From assembly GCA_964016885.1 (NCBI GenBank), contig OZ024744.1:67270001-67334000 (forward strand): a DNA stretch of 64,000 bases, read 5' to 3'. Shown here piece after piece: positions 26,824-41,711 of the stretch; the first letter of the stretch is position 1, and every line of letters starts with the position of its first letter. The position numbers and the translations under genes were made by a program. This stretch comes from Eledone cirrhosa (taxonomy: Eukaryota). Under the pieces are notes generated by a model that searched no databases, was not told the DNA's origin, and was given only the letters and a program-made list of their open reading frames with translations.

Positions 26824-28011
26824 GAGCTGGAGTCCTATCAAATATGTAGGTTGTGTCTTAAATTGAAGGTTTAGTAGAAACAATTCATGTATAGTTTTGT
26901 ACTTTTCTTTTTGTCATTCATATATAAACAAATCTACTATATAAATTGGAAGTGGTCGGACATTGTATATGTAGGTGTAGTCGGATAAACGTTGAAACGG
27001 CTTGGTGGAATGCAGCGAAAATTTACACATTTATGCAGAATGACCCGAGGAGGCGTTGGGTCGACTTTCAAGCGACAAGCTTCCATGGTTACGGAGAAAA
27101 TCGATGAAACAGGAATTTCCCATTCAAATTGAACTGAGAGCAATCGGTGAACGGAGAAGTAATTATTTCGAGAAACGTTGCAACCGAACGAAAACAGGAA
27201 GATGATATTTTGGTTCGTGAAGACGTTCCCTGGCAATGAACGGGAAAAAGGCGAAGATAATACGTCGTTATGTGGAGCGTGAAGAACAATTTCATGCAAA
27301 GACAAGACCAATTTTATGGTATAAATGGAGTCGCTAGACTAATATTCTATTTAAAATAACCGAATGATTTCCAGCCCCGGAGTTTAAGAATGATGTAAAT
27401 AAAATTGAAAACGAAAATGACAGAAGTTATTAAAATAGTAAAAGTAAATAGTGAAGATTTAGGCCAGTACATACGTATGCGCCGACGGACATACACATAC
27501 ATACGCACACAGAAATACATACACACCCACACCCACAAACACACACACACACACGCACACACACGAACGCACGCGCGTATGTATAAACCTTATACATTTC
27601 TACCAAACTTAAGACATAGGTTACTTATGTACTCCGGATGGTCATGGGCACTGTCATTTTTCCAGATATTGATTATAGGGCCCCCGGCAGATAACCCCGT
27701 TTAACCACTTCCTTGGAGTCGACTGAAGAACTGCAGTGCAATGCAACAAAACGTCATAACTTCTGGAGTTCGCCACCGATTTTCACAAAACTTGACACAC
27801 GGGCTACGTTTGTCCTACAGATGAATGTGAACTTTTAGAATTGGCACATATTGGGTAGGGGACCCCTGGGGGCAGGAACCCCCTTTTGGAAAAAGCGGAT
27901 GATTTTGCAAAAGCGGATGATTTTGTAAAAGTATAGTTTTCGAAGCAGCACTGAAGTATTGACATAAATGGTATACACAACTGCTATTTAATATCCGGGT
28001 ACCTCTGCTAG
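26193..28011 (+). mobile_element. Non-autonomous Helitron-like element, copy 1 (3' hairpin deleted)
   Basis: A|TC taatatatatttgtgaaatggg start; ends atatccgggtacctctg CTAG. Confidence 0.7.
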
Positions 28012-29339
28012 TCTAATATATATTTGTGAAATGGGCGGTGGTTGAAATTCAGATGTGCATGGTTAAATGGTAGTAGACGTGGTCGGACGGACATGAAAAT
28101 TTACACACCTATGTAAAAAGTGCCAAGGAAGCAAATAGACGAGGTCTCAAACTCTAACTTGAAAAATGTGGCCCCTAGGGCCCGAAAACTATCGCGTTCG
28201 GTGAGTTATTTGCCCCTGTTCTAATACTTTTGTCTAAAAAAACATATCAAAGACAACGTTATTTCGCTGTTAATAAACTTTTGACTACTACAGTACGTTT
28301 CATTTTCATTTTTAAAATACCATTGCTCTATATTAAATTTAAATAATTCTATAACCATCATACAGTACTGTTTTATGAAATCGATTCTGCAGTAGAATTT
28401 TACGAAATGCCAAAACGAAAAAGGTAACTGTTTTCTAACAAAAGAAATAAAACCCTTACATTGCGAACCCCCTGTTCTAATACTGGGGTTAGTTATTTCG
28501 CCCTCTTCTAATAAATATCTAATATATAGAGGCCCCTCTTGCTGACCAGGGCAATCAAAGTGTAAACTATCATACAGTACCGTTTTATGAAATCAATTCT
28601 GCAGTACCATTTTACGAAATGCCAAACTGAAAACAGTCAATTTTTTCCATCAAAAGAAATAAAACCCTTAAATTGCGAAGAAGGGAGTCATGTTCTCAAG
28701 TACGTTTTTTCAGATATCATTTTCATTTTATTTCTAATACATGTTAACCACCACTAACAGTAAGTAGTATTTTTCAATTCATTGTCTTATTTAAAATAAC
28801 ATATCAAAGACAACGTTATTTCGCTGTTAATAAACTTTTGGCTACTACAAGCTTCCATGGTTACGGAGAAAATTGATCAAACAGGAATTTCCCATTCAAA
28901 TTGAACTGAGAGTAATCTGTGAACGCAGAAGTAATTATTTCGAGAAACGTTGCAACCGAACGAAAACAGGAAGACGATATTTTGGTTCGTGAAGACGTTC
29001 CCTGGCAATGAACGGGAAAAAAGCGAGGATAATACATCGTTATGTGGAGCGTGAAGAACAATTTCATGCAAAGACAAGACCAAGTTTATGGTATAAATGG
29101 AGTCGTTAGACTAATATTCTATTTAAAATAACCGAATGATTTCCAGCCCCAGAGTTTAAGAATGATGTAAATAAAATTGAAAACGAAAATGACAGAGGTT
29201 ATTAAAATAGTAAAAGTAAATAGTGAAGAGTTAGGCCAGTACATACGTATGCCCCGACGGACATACACATACATACGCACACACAAATACACACAAACAC
29301 ACACACAAACACATACACACACACACACACACACACACG

Positions 29340-29420
<81 letters not shown>

Positions 29421-29859
29421 ACGCACGCGCATATGTATAAACCTTATGCATTTCTACAGTATTTTCACCAAACTTAAGACATAGGTTACTTATGTACTCC
29501 GGATGGTCATGGGCACTGTCATTTTTCCAGATATTGATTATAGGGCCTCTGATTATTTAACCACTTCCTTGGAGTCGACTGAAGCACTGCAGTGCAATGC
29601 AACAAAACGTCATAACTTCTGGAGTTCGCAACTGATTTTCACAAAACTTGACACATGGACTACGTTTGTCCTACAGATGAATGTGAACTCTTAGAATTGG
29701 CACATATTCAGTAGGGGACCCCTGGGGGCAGGAACCCCCTTTTGGAAAAAGCGGATGATTTTGTAAAAGTATAGTTTTCGAAGCAGCTCTGAAGTATTGA
29801 CATAAATGGTATACACAACTGCTATTTAATATCCGAGCAACGCCGGGTACCTCTGCTAG
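28012..29859 (+). mobile_element. Non-autonomous Helitron-like element, copy 2, head-to-tail with copy 1
   Basis: Same 5' TC end directly after CTAG; 3' ccgagcaacgccgggtacctctg CTAG; different internal segment. Confidence 0.75.
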
Positions 29860-30186
29860 CTATATATAAACTGCACCAGGAGAAAATTAGTGACAGAAAA
29901 TTAATATGTTTATTTAAACGATCGCTAATCGGGTGTGTTGACATTTGAAAATTTTAAAGAAGTTAATATTTAAATAAGTAATAAAATATATTTAATGAAC
30001 AGCCACGAAATTTAGTAGATAAATTAAGTAATATTCATTCATCATTTATTCAAAGTAATCCAACTTATTTTACTAAGGGGATAAAAAATTATAAACCGTA
30101 CACAGTCCCGTGCTTGTTACTATATTATAGTTTAGATTTCTGTTGCTCAACAAAAGCCATATTTAAACTTTTAACTTTATATAACA

Positions 30187-30494
30187 CTAGACTTTTTTTC
30201 AACACGCTGACGCGTATATGTGTATATGTGTATGCGTGTGTATATGTGCATATACATTTATATGTATGAGTATATAAATATAAACTCGAAAACACAGGCA
30301 TACATACAAAAATACACAAACACACACATACATTCACGCAAACACACACATACATTTTCACAAACACACAGCGTAGCAAATGATACGCCAGCCGCTGGTT
30401 TGCTATAGTTTTCCCACCGTCTCCTTCTTTCCATTTACACACACATACATTCACATTGTGTGACGGACCGATGTCGCTAAAATTAATATATAGA
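30187..30494 (-). mobile_element. Small Helitron-like element
   Basis: Reverse complement A|TCtatatatt..acgcgtcagcgtgt..CTAG|T; related copy at 53549-~53935. Confidence 0.55.
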
Positions 30495-30625
30495 TATTGT
30501 ATACAACGAGCCAATGATGGAGCTTCTGAGTGGTCACCAAGCTTGCTTGAAAGAACAGCCAAATCTTCATCACACCGTACCATACCGTTTCTTAAAGAAG
30601 AATATTGGATTCATAGTAATAGAAT

Positions 30626-30816
30626 AATTGTTTCTACTTTTGGCACAAGGCCAGCAATTATCCCAGTGTATTACTGGTACTTTATTTTAATGACCCCATA
30701 AGGATGAAAGGCAAAATTGACCTCGGCGGGATTTGAACTCAGACAATAAAGGGCCGTAACTCTTTGCTTGCAAAGGATGGTGTCTGACCCTCTACCCATA
30801 CTGCCAATCCACCGCT
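30626..30816 (-). mobile_element. Meta-like SINE, near full length
   Basis: Reverse complement starts gagcggtggattggcagtat (A-box), contains gagttcaaatcc, ends gtagaaacaatt. Confidence 0.8.
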
Positions 30817-31145
30817 CATAGTAATAGAATAATGTTTCTAATTTTGGCACAAGGCCAGCAATTACCCCAGTGTATTACTAGTACTTTATTTTATAGTAAT
30901 ACAACAACAGAGTGTCATTCGGCATATGAAGAGTGATTCTAACTGAATATGTTGACCACCACTGTGTGTAAAGAAAATAAAAAATATAAAAATATATTTA
31001 AAAAGCAGCAAAATGAATATATGAAAAGTAAGTAAAAGGAAATAAAAGAATTCACTACGCCTGCGTTTGCCTGGAGTGATTCATATTTCTCATGCTCAAT
31101 TATAATTATAATATTAAAGAAAGCAGTATATATATATATATATAT

Positions 31146-31194
<49 letters not shown>

Positions 31195-31211
31195 ATTTTT
31201 TATTTTATAGG

Positions 31212-31262
31212 AGCTTCTACAGGACTAGTACTGTTTCATTCAGATGAAATCTTCAGGAAGCT
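31212..31262 (-). ncRNA. Type I hammerhead ribozyme (family E)
   Basis: Reverse complement: agcttc CTGAAGA t ttc atct gaa t GAAA cag tactagtc ctg TA gaagct; part of repeat 31200-31790. Confidence 0.75.
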
Positions 31263-31521
31263 GGGTGTCATATTAAGTTCTGGTATTTATACATTTAGGT
31301 AGTGGTAAGGGAGGAGTGGTGGCTGGGGGGGGGGGGGGGGGATTTTTTTTTGGGGGGGGGGGGGGTAGGATGGTATTTAGATACACAGGACCACAACATG
31401 GCACAGGCCGTTTTTTCTTTGGGGAGTGGTCAATTAACCAGAGTGCTTTTTTTAAATAAATAAATAAGTAAATAAATAAATAAATGAATAAATAGATAAA
31501 TGAATAAATAAATAAATAAAA

Positions 31522-31552
<31 letters not shown>

Positions 31553-32083
31553 AAACCCAAGAATAGTAATTCAACAGATATATAGTAGGGAATTTTTTTA
31601 GGTGAGTTGGTAATAGAAATTAAACATTAAACAAGACAGAATCATGGCACAGACTGGGATGAGTGGTCAAGTTAACATACAAGCCACAGGTGGCCAGAGT
31701 GTTTTTGTAGAATGGAAAGAATAAAATATATTTACATACTCACAACCACATACAAAAACACTTACACACACACATATATATATATATGTATATATAGAGA
31801 AAATTGAGGTTGGTAATGGCACATGAAATATATAAGAGACAGAATAGTTTTTTGTGAAAAAACATATAATTTTATAAGGTAAGGAAATAATAAAGGGTAT
31901 ATTTTTTATACCCTTTATTATTTCCTTACCTTATAAAATTATATGTTTTTTCACAAAAAACTATTCTGTCTCTTGTATATTCCATGTGCCATTACCAACC
32001 TCAATTTTCTCTATAACCTTCGTTTTGTGTAGTAAATTACACTTTTCATATATATATATATATATATGTGCATACCTACACAT

Positions 32084-32140
<57 letters not shown>

Positions 32141-32318
32141 TGTGTGTGTGTATACACATATATATACATATACACACACATACATATACACACACACACA
32201 TACATACATACACATATATACATATATACACAAGAAAAAACACAAACACACAAATATACACACACACATACACATACACACACATATATATATCTACACA
32301 TACACACGTGCGCATACA

Positions 32319-32383
<65 letters not shown>

Positions 32384-32385
<2 letters not shown>

Positions 32386-32583
32386 CGAAGGAAATGTGGT
32401 AAGGAACCAGGTGGACCATAGCGCACCAAAGTACTCAATACTTGGGGTAGTAGAGTGGGTAATAGGAACCAGTAAGACCCCGACGGCTGAGCTCGAGCCG
32501 TTTCGACGGCTAATTCTGGACTAATTTAGTCCAGAATTAGCCGTCGAAACGGCTTGAGCTCAGCCGTCGGGGTCTTACTAGTT

Positions 32584-32590
<7 letters not shown>
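32384..32590. repeat. Foldback of family G pLTR ends in (TA)n
   Basis: Near-perfect palindrome centred at ~32524 (ggactaa|tttagtcc). Confidence 0.85.
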
Positions 32591-32653
<63 letters not shown>

Positions 32654-32808
32654 CCTACATGTATGTATGTCTCTCGGTATAAACTATACTATACATACAC
32701 ATACATACATATGCGCACACATACATACACATACATACACACACACACAAACACATACATTCACACATATATACATATATACATATACACACACACATAC
32801 ATATATAA

Positions 32809-34007
32809 TCTATATATATAAAACTGAGGTTGTCTGTCTGTCTATCGATTTTTGGCACACATCTCCTCTTAGAATCTCTCACGGAATAGCACCGAAATTG
32901 CTATACTTGTACATTGAGCCCTAGCGAAGACATCGGGAAAAAAATATTTCAAATTGACCCGCCCTATCTGACGAAATCGAATATAATGTATCGATTTTTG
33001 AGCGTAAGTGATCAGTTATTTCCCTTTGTTCTGTTTACATTCAGCGTAGCGTCTTACGTTCTCTTTACATTTTCTGCGTGCAAAAATTAAAAAAATTACG
33101 CTGGCAAAAATTAAAAAAATTACGCTGGCTTTCTCAGCGTTTAAAATGACATTAACACAATACACGAACAGTTGTCGAGCCAGCAAAATTTTGACCTGCA
33201 AAATTCATCAGTTCGAACACTAAGCTTCCGTTTTGCTTCATTTCCATTTAAAAGCCTTTTAAAACAATATTTTTACTTGAAAACAAGTCTATTTAAAGAC
33301 TACGTAAAACAAGCAAATATTTCGTTAAAAAAAGCAAAAATTATATAAGTTTATTTAAAATATATGTATCTGTAAATTTCGTTAGGCGTGCAGACAGACA
33401 GTCGTGCAGACAGACAGTCGTGCAGAGAGGTGATATACGCGTGCAGACAGATAGTCGTGCAGAGAGGTGATATAGGCGTGCAGACAGATAGTCATGCAGA
33501 GAGGTGATATAGGCGTGCAGACAGACAGTCATGCAGAGAGGTGATATAGGCGATTATTTCCCTTTTATGGAATGAGCAGACGATTAGCGAATGTGCATAC
33601 GATTAAGTAAATCTTTAGTAGAGTGAATTGGAATCTCCAGTTTGTTTAATAGCTTCATTTGCACTGTACTGCCTTTGTATGCTACAACGCTTTAAAAGTT
33701 CGGCGAGTTCATTACTTCGTAAGTTATTGATATTTATTTTTTTATTACGACGGTTAGCAAACTTTCCCTATTAAACGTTTAAATTAATTTTACGGTCTTA
33801 TAAGGCTGAATTTACTTTAATTCGGGTTATCGTTATGTTTTCTTAACTTCATAAGGCATATTGTTGGTTGAGGGAATATTAATCAAAAACACCACATGCA
33901 AGTCTGCACAGTAGACACTACAGTTTTTAAGCCAAAAAAGAAACTTAACATTGTAACTTTAACACAGCTACTGAGCGACCCCGAGCAACGCCGGGCTTTA
34001 CTGCTAG
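32809..34007 (+). mobile_element. Non-autonomous Helitron-like element with internal ~37-bp tandem repeats (33385-33552)
   Basis: A|TC tatatatataaaactgagg start; cccgagcaacgccggg hairpin, then CTAG|T. Confidence 0.75.
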
Positions 34008-34128
<121 letters not shown>

Positions 34129-34539
34129 CATATATACATACACACACATACACATATACAAGCACACACGCCTACATACACATACATACATACAAATAAG
34201 TACACATAAACGCATATGCACAAACACGCACTCGTTCGCACTCATACATGTGTCTATAATATAATGGTAGTGGGACAAATTTTAAATTTTAAATTTTAAA
34301 TTTTAAACTGGGCCTGATAGAGGATTAAAATAATTAATATCACTACTAAGTTATTAATATTATCATCAAGTAATTAATTACTATTTATTATTTACTATTT
34401 ACCATTCACTATTCGTTACCTATCTTTTATCTTTTATCTATTCATTACCTAATCATTCACTCATAAATTAATAAATAAATGAATGAGTTAACTAACAAAC
34501 AAACAAACAAACAGATAAACAAATAAACCAGTAAATAAG

Positions 34540-34574
<35 letters not shown>

Positions 34575-34608
34575 ATAGATAAATAAATAAATAAGTAAAT
34601 AAAGTAAC

Positions 34609-34643
<35 letters not shown>

Positions 34644-34919
34644 ATATACAGATAAATAGATAAATAAATCACGAACGTGTGCGTGCAGCAGTCCATAACT
34701 GCACGTATGCAAACATGAGCAGGTATATACATAAATTTGTGTGTGCGGCCACGGAACTTTACTCAGAGGCATACAACACAATATATAAGACCTGGAGGGG
34801 AGGAAAGAAGGTAATAATGAGAGATAGAGGGGGAGGAGAGAGGGTAATAATGAGAGATGGAGGGACGGAATTGGGATGGGGGACGGGGGTGGGGTGGTGA
34901 TAGGGGGGGGGGTCAGTCG

Positions 34920-35530
34920 GGGGGGCCGGGGGGGTCTGTAGTTTTTGTAATTTGCATAGTTCTTGTGCATGCAATTAGGGGAGTGTTCCGAGATCTTGTT
35001 GAGGAGAGGGCCTTTGGCGAATAGAATCTCATAGCTCTCGGAGATACAGAGGTCACAGCAATTATAGCCTCCCGTGTAGGATCGCGCTCTCTGGAGTAGT
35101 CTCCATTGGGTCTTGAAGGGGATGGAGTTCCTTTTAAGATGCCAGATGTGGGCGGCGAGTGTAGTTTGGTTAGATTTGTCTGGGCGCCGGAACGAATGTG
35201 TGTGGGCGTACCAGCGAGTCTTAAAACTATTAGAAGTCATCCCGATGTACGAGTTTCTTTTTTCATCGGGGCCTGAGAGTACATCGCATATATAGACGAG
35301 ATCTTTTTTTAGACAGTTGTTGTTGAGAGGGCAGGTCGTCTTATCAGGGCAATTGCAGTTGCTATCGTTTGCTGGATGGGCTTCGGAAAAAGTAGACTTA
35401 TTTAGCTTCTTGGTGTTATTGTTGGCTAAGTTCCTAGCTAGATTAGGTGTGGTAGAGTAAGAGAGTCTAATGGTATTCTTATTAAGGATAGTATAGTACC
35501 TATGTTGGGTGGGGAAGTGTTTTTGTAGGT
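34920..35530 (-). mobile_element. Penelope-like element linker + GIY-YIG fragment
   Basis: KHFPTQHRYYTILNKNTIRLSYSTTPN..CNCPDKTTCPLNNNC..YIGMTSNSFKTRWYAH..CDLCISE..LLNK; homologous to 41028-41711. Confidence 0.85.
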
Positions 35531-36545
35531 ATGCACATATTCTGTTTTTTTTTCTCTCTCTCTCTCTCTTACTGCTCCCTCGCTCTCTCTGTTTCTCCTA
35601 CTTTCTTTCGCCCCCTCTGTCATGTCAGTTAACTCTTCCTCACACTTCCACTCACTCACTGTTTCTCCTCTTCTCACTTCACCCCGTTCGCGACGAAATC
35701 ATTTTCTCTCTTTCTCACATTTGAATTCGCTCCTGAAAGGTCTTTTTTCTAAGCGCTCATATATTCACCTAGCTTATGCTAACAGAATAACTATGAAGCT
35801 TGTTCCCTTCCTTCTACGGTTAGCTATCATCTTTGTTGTTATCTTGTTTCACTCGCTTTACGTGTTTTAATTGTCCTAATAACTTAATTTAGTTATTATT
35901 GCACCGACGTGAGGTATATGATTTTTAATGCAATGAAATATCTATGATCGTCGGCAAATCACTGATGAGGGACTTATTTTATTACATGTTATCCATGTGC
36001 AACCAGCAGTATTCTTCTCCCCATTTTTTCACACACATATATATATATATATATATGTGTGTGTGTAAGTGTTTTTGTATGTGGTTGTGAGTATGTAAAT
36101 ATATTTTATTCTTTCCATTCTACAAAAACACTCTGGCCACCTGTGGCTTGTATGTTAACTTGACCACTCACCTCAGTCTGTGCCATGATTCGGTCTTGTT
36201 TAATGTTTAATTTCTATTACCAACTCACCTAAACAAATTTCCTACTATATATCTGTTGAATTACTATTCTTGGGTTTTTATTTCTTTCTTTTTTTTTTTT
36301 TATTTATTTTATTTATTTATTTATTCATTAATCTATTTATTCATTTATTTATTTATTTACTTATTTATTTATTTCAAAAAAGCACTCTGTTTAATTGACC
36401 ACTCACCAAAGAAAAAACGGCCTGTGCCATGTTGTGGTCCTGTGTATCTAAATACCATCCTACCCCAAAAAATCCCACCCCCCAGCCACCACCCCTCCCT
36501 TACCACTACCTAAATGTATAAATACCAGAACTTAATATGACACCC

Positions 36546-36596
36546 AGCTTCCTGAAGATTTCATCTGAATGAAACAGTACTAGTCCTGTAGAAGCT
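36546..36596 (+). ncRNA. Type I hammerhead ribozyme (family E)
   Basis: Same fold as 31212-31262; GUA cleavage triplet ending at 36590; within repeat 36040-36685. Confidence 0.75.
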
Positions 36597-36682
36597 CCTT
36601 CTATAAAATAAAAAAAATTTACTCTGCCATGTATTGAGTACCTTACTTACTGTGGTTATCCCCGACTCAACCCGGGACCTAC

Positions 36683-38200
<1,518 letters not shown>

Positions 38201-38249
38201 GTATATATATATGTATGTATATATATATGTGTGTATATATATATATATA

Positions 38250-39200
38250 TAAAACATGAGAAGAAAGAGTAATACTGCGTGGTTGCACATGGGTTACATA
38301 TTATGAAATTTAGTCCCTCGTCAGTGATTTGCCAACCATCATTGGTATTTCATCGCATTAAAAATCAGATACCTCAGGTTGTTGCGAGCAATAACTAAAA
38401 AAAGCTATTGGGACAAGTGAGTCGCGTAAAGCGAGTGAGACAAGTAAACAACATAGAAGGATAAAAGCAAACCGAAGATAGGAAAAAAAACAAGCAACAT
38501 GGTTATCCGGTCAGCATAAGCTGGGTGAATTTCATGAGCGTTCAGAATACAGACCGTCCGACGTGAATGAGATGTGAGCAAGAAAGGACCCCACTACCAA
38601 CGAAACGGGAGGAAGTGAGAAGGGGAGAAAGAGAGAGTGAGTAAGTGGAAGTGCGAGGAAGAGGTCAGTCGAGAGAAAGTGTAACTGACAGAGGGGGCGA
38701 AAGAAGGTGAGAGAAACAGAGAGAACGGTGGAGCAGTAAGAGAGAAAGAGAGAAACAGACAAACGCAGCCGAGGTAAATATGTATAAAAAACATGAGAAG
38801 AAAGAGGAATACTGCGTGGTTGCACATGGGTTACATATTATGAAATTAGTCCCTCGTCAGTGATTTGCAAACCATCATTGGTATTTCATCGCATTAAAAA
38901 TCATATACCTCAGGTTGGTACGAGCAATAACTAAAAAAGCTATTGGGACAAGTGAGTCGCGTAAAGCGAGTGAGACAAGTAAACAACATGGAAGGATAAA
39001 AGCAAACCGAAGATAGGAATAAAAACAAGCAACATTGTTATCCGGTCAGCATAAGCTGGGTGAATTTCATGAGCGTTCAGAATACAGACCGTCCGACGTG
39101 AATGAGATGTGAGCAAGAAAGGACCCCACTACCAACGAAACGCGAGGAAGTGAGAAGGGGAGAAACAGAGAGTGAGTGGAAGTGCGAGGAAGAGGTCAGA
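38250..39200 (-). repeat. ~538-bp tandem repeat (~1.8 units), related to 35540-36030
   Basis: aaacatgagaagaaagag at 38251 and 38789. Confidence 0.85.
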
Positions 39201-39332
39201 ACGAAGGAAATGTGATAAGGAACCAGATGGACCATAACGCACCAAAGTACTCAATACTTCGAGTAGTAGCATGGGTAATAGGAACGAGTAGGACCCCGAC
39301 GGCTGAGCTCAAGCCGTTTCGACGGCTAATAC

Positions 39333-39930
39333 AATTAGTTGGAGTGAAATTTTAGTAAGTAAGTTAATTTTTATAATTTTCTTATTTTACGTCTTTCATA
39401 TTATTGTTCTGCATCCCCATGCATTGAACCACAAAGTTACTAAGACAAAACCTATATATTTGCTAGCATAGGTATGCATCTGTATATATATGTTAGTAGA
39501 TATACTAATTCTTTATAATTATCTCCAAATTATTTTGTCGAGCCAAAATTGGCCAAAACTGCTACTATAGTTCATAGTAACGGTTCGGCTGCTGTCTTCT
39601 TAACAAACCGCTCCTCACTGATTAACCTCGATGTCACGTGATTGATTCTTTTGAATTTGCCACCGACGCAGTAGGCAGTAATTTTTTCAATGGCTTGGAA
39701 CTTAGTCCACGCTTTGCTTTTTTCAATCCACTGAATTATTTTTGTATAAGTTCCCTGTGTCCACGCATTGCCTGGAAACTTAGCTGAGAATAGACTTCCC
39801 TGATAACGAAAGGCTTCTCCGTACGTTTCTTCGGAAACTATGTTTTTTCCCTTTCAGAAACTAATTAGTTGGAGTGAAATTTTAGTAAGTAAGTTAATTT
39901 TTATAATTTTCTTATTTTACGTCTTTCATA
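39333..39930 (+). repeat. Family A unit (~530-bp period) with mutated HHR core (CTGATAA) at 39794-39875
   Basis: aattagttggagtg at 39333 and 39863; homologous to 3190-3947. Confidence 0.8.
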
Positions 39931-40044
39931 TATATATATATATATATATATAACGAAGGAAATGTGGTAAGGAACCAGGTGGACCATAACGCACCAAAGT
40001 ACTCAATACTTGAGGTAGTAGAGTGGGTAATAGGAACCAGTAAG

Positions 40045-40138
40045 ACCCCGACAGCTGAGCTCAAGCCGTTTCGACGGCTAATTCTGGACTAAATGAAAAT
40101 TTATCCTGGTATTTAAATAGCCGATCTTCTCAAGGGGT
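40045..40138 (-). ncRNA. Type I hammerhead with U3-A8 core (family G), inverted pLTR copy
   Basis: Reverse complement of 42822-42915. Confidence 0.75.
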
Positions 40139-41027
40139 AATTCCATATATGGTCAAAGTGATTGTCAAAAATCAGTAGTAATTCTGTGGTTGCAAATTAG
40201 TAGGGGAGATGGTGGCTAAACCTGCCAGTAGGAGAAAGAGGGGAGGGGGTGGAGTAGACCCAATCAAGCGTTGGTAGTGCCAGCTACAGCTGGGCATGAG
40301 GTCAAAGAAGATACAGGGGAGGGGGAGGGGGAGGAAGTCGGAACGGTAGGTAGAACAATGGGGGGTAGAAATAGGAAAGAAAAAATACTGAGAGTGAAGA
40401 AAAGCAAATAAGTGTAAAGAAAAAAGTAAAGTAAATTAAATTCTACGACCTAGGTGTCAGGCTATTGTTAGGCTAGAATAAAATAAAGAAAGAAAGAAAG
40501 AAGTAAATAAATAAATAAATAAAGAAATAACGAAATAAGTAAAAGAACTAGGTGGGACGAAATAGGCAAGGACCCTTTTAAGAGGTATAAGTACGTAAAT
40601 GATACGGTGAAGGGTCAACAAAAGGGGCCAAAATACTAAAGAGACTACCACGAAATAAACAATAAAGGCTTCCATCCCGGGCCAGCAACGACCCAGTGCA
40701 GCAAAGTGAACTTGTACGAGATAATAATTCTGAGTCCCGAGAAAAATATATACTAATGCTAACTCTAAAAGATCTAAAACAAGCTACATGAAGGTTCGTA
40801 CGAAATAAAGGTAGAATACGGAGAAATAAATTCAGAATCCACCCCGCCCAGAAGAAAAGCGAAGCAAGAAATACTGAAACGAAAAAATAAGGCATAAGTG
40901 CCACTAAGAAATATAGAGGGCACAGAGAATAGTGGGAGCGGTCGGAAAAAGGGGGCAAGTATCCGGGGTCTAAGCCAACTGCTATAAAGGGCGGAGTCCG
41001 CCAAATCTATCATAGACTAGGGGAGGG

Positions 41028-41711
41028 GTGGTGGGGGTACCTCCCCACAACGCAGAGGTGACTACTCCCATCGGGAAACTATTCTTTAGGCTCATTGAAA
41101 AACACTTCCCATTACAACACCGCTACCACAACATAATTAACAAAAATACCATCAAACTCTCTTACAGCACTACACCAAACTTCGCACAAAACATCGTCTC
41201 CTCTAACAACAAAAAACTCAACCCCGATGGCAGAAATAACCTAAATAGCAGTGGAGAACCGACCAGGAGGTGTAACTGCCCGGATAGATCTATTTGCCCA
41301 CTCGACAATAGATGCAGAGACCGTAATGTGATCTACCAGTGCAACGTGGGGACGGATACCTCCAACAAAGCCTATATAGGACTTACCGCATGTGACTTCA
41401 AGACCCGGCTATACCAACATAGACATACCTTCCGAAACCCGGCCCGGCGTCACGCCACTGCACTTTCGGGCCACATATGGGACCTCAAGGACAACAACAT
41501 CACCTATGATCTCACTTGGAGATTACTGTCCAGAGCCAATTCTTACACGGGAGGACGCCGTCCGTGCAATTTATGCTCGGAGGAAACTTTACAAATGCTG
41601 TTTTCGACGGACCAACTCCTAAACAAGAAAGATGAACTGGTTACTGCATGTAAACATAGATTGCGTAGGACTTACCTCGCCCTCAAACCCCATAATGACC
41701 CGGGGGGGTAG
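41028..41711 (+). CDS. PLE ORF C-terminus (Cys-rich linker + GIY-YIG endonuclease), 5'-truncated
   Basis: KHFP..NKNTIKLSYS..CNCPDRSICPLDNRC..VIYQC..YIGLT..FKTRLYQH..CNLCSEE..LLNKKDE..CKH; the annotated start lies in the inverted arm. Confidence 0.8.
   Translation: MVGVPPHNAEVTTPIGKLFFRLIEKHFPLQHRYHNIINKNTIKLSYSTTPNFAQNIVSSNNKKLNPDGRNNLNSSGEPTRRCNCPDRSICPLDNRCRDRNVIYQCNVGTDTSNKAYIGLTACDFKTRLYQHRHTFRNPARRHATALSGHIWDLKDNNITYDLTWRLLSRANSYTGGRRPCNLCSEETLQMLFSTDQLLNKKDELVTACKHRLRRTYLALKPHNDPGG

Noticed and set aside
27718-27762. CTGAAGA..aaacgtc in the Helitron
   Set aside because: It lacks G12 and stem I, and the sister copy reads ctgaagc.
38310-38380. Permuted hammerhead (ggtaTC-tgattt..GAAAtacc..aaatca-CTGACGA on minus)
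   Set aside because: The strand order is non-canonical and stem II cannot pair; not called as a ribozyme.
40457-41013. Hydrophobic ORFs mirrored at 41946-42502
   Set aside because: They come from the T-rich PLE 3' UTR duplicated by the pLTR inversion; there is no evidence of coding.
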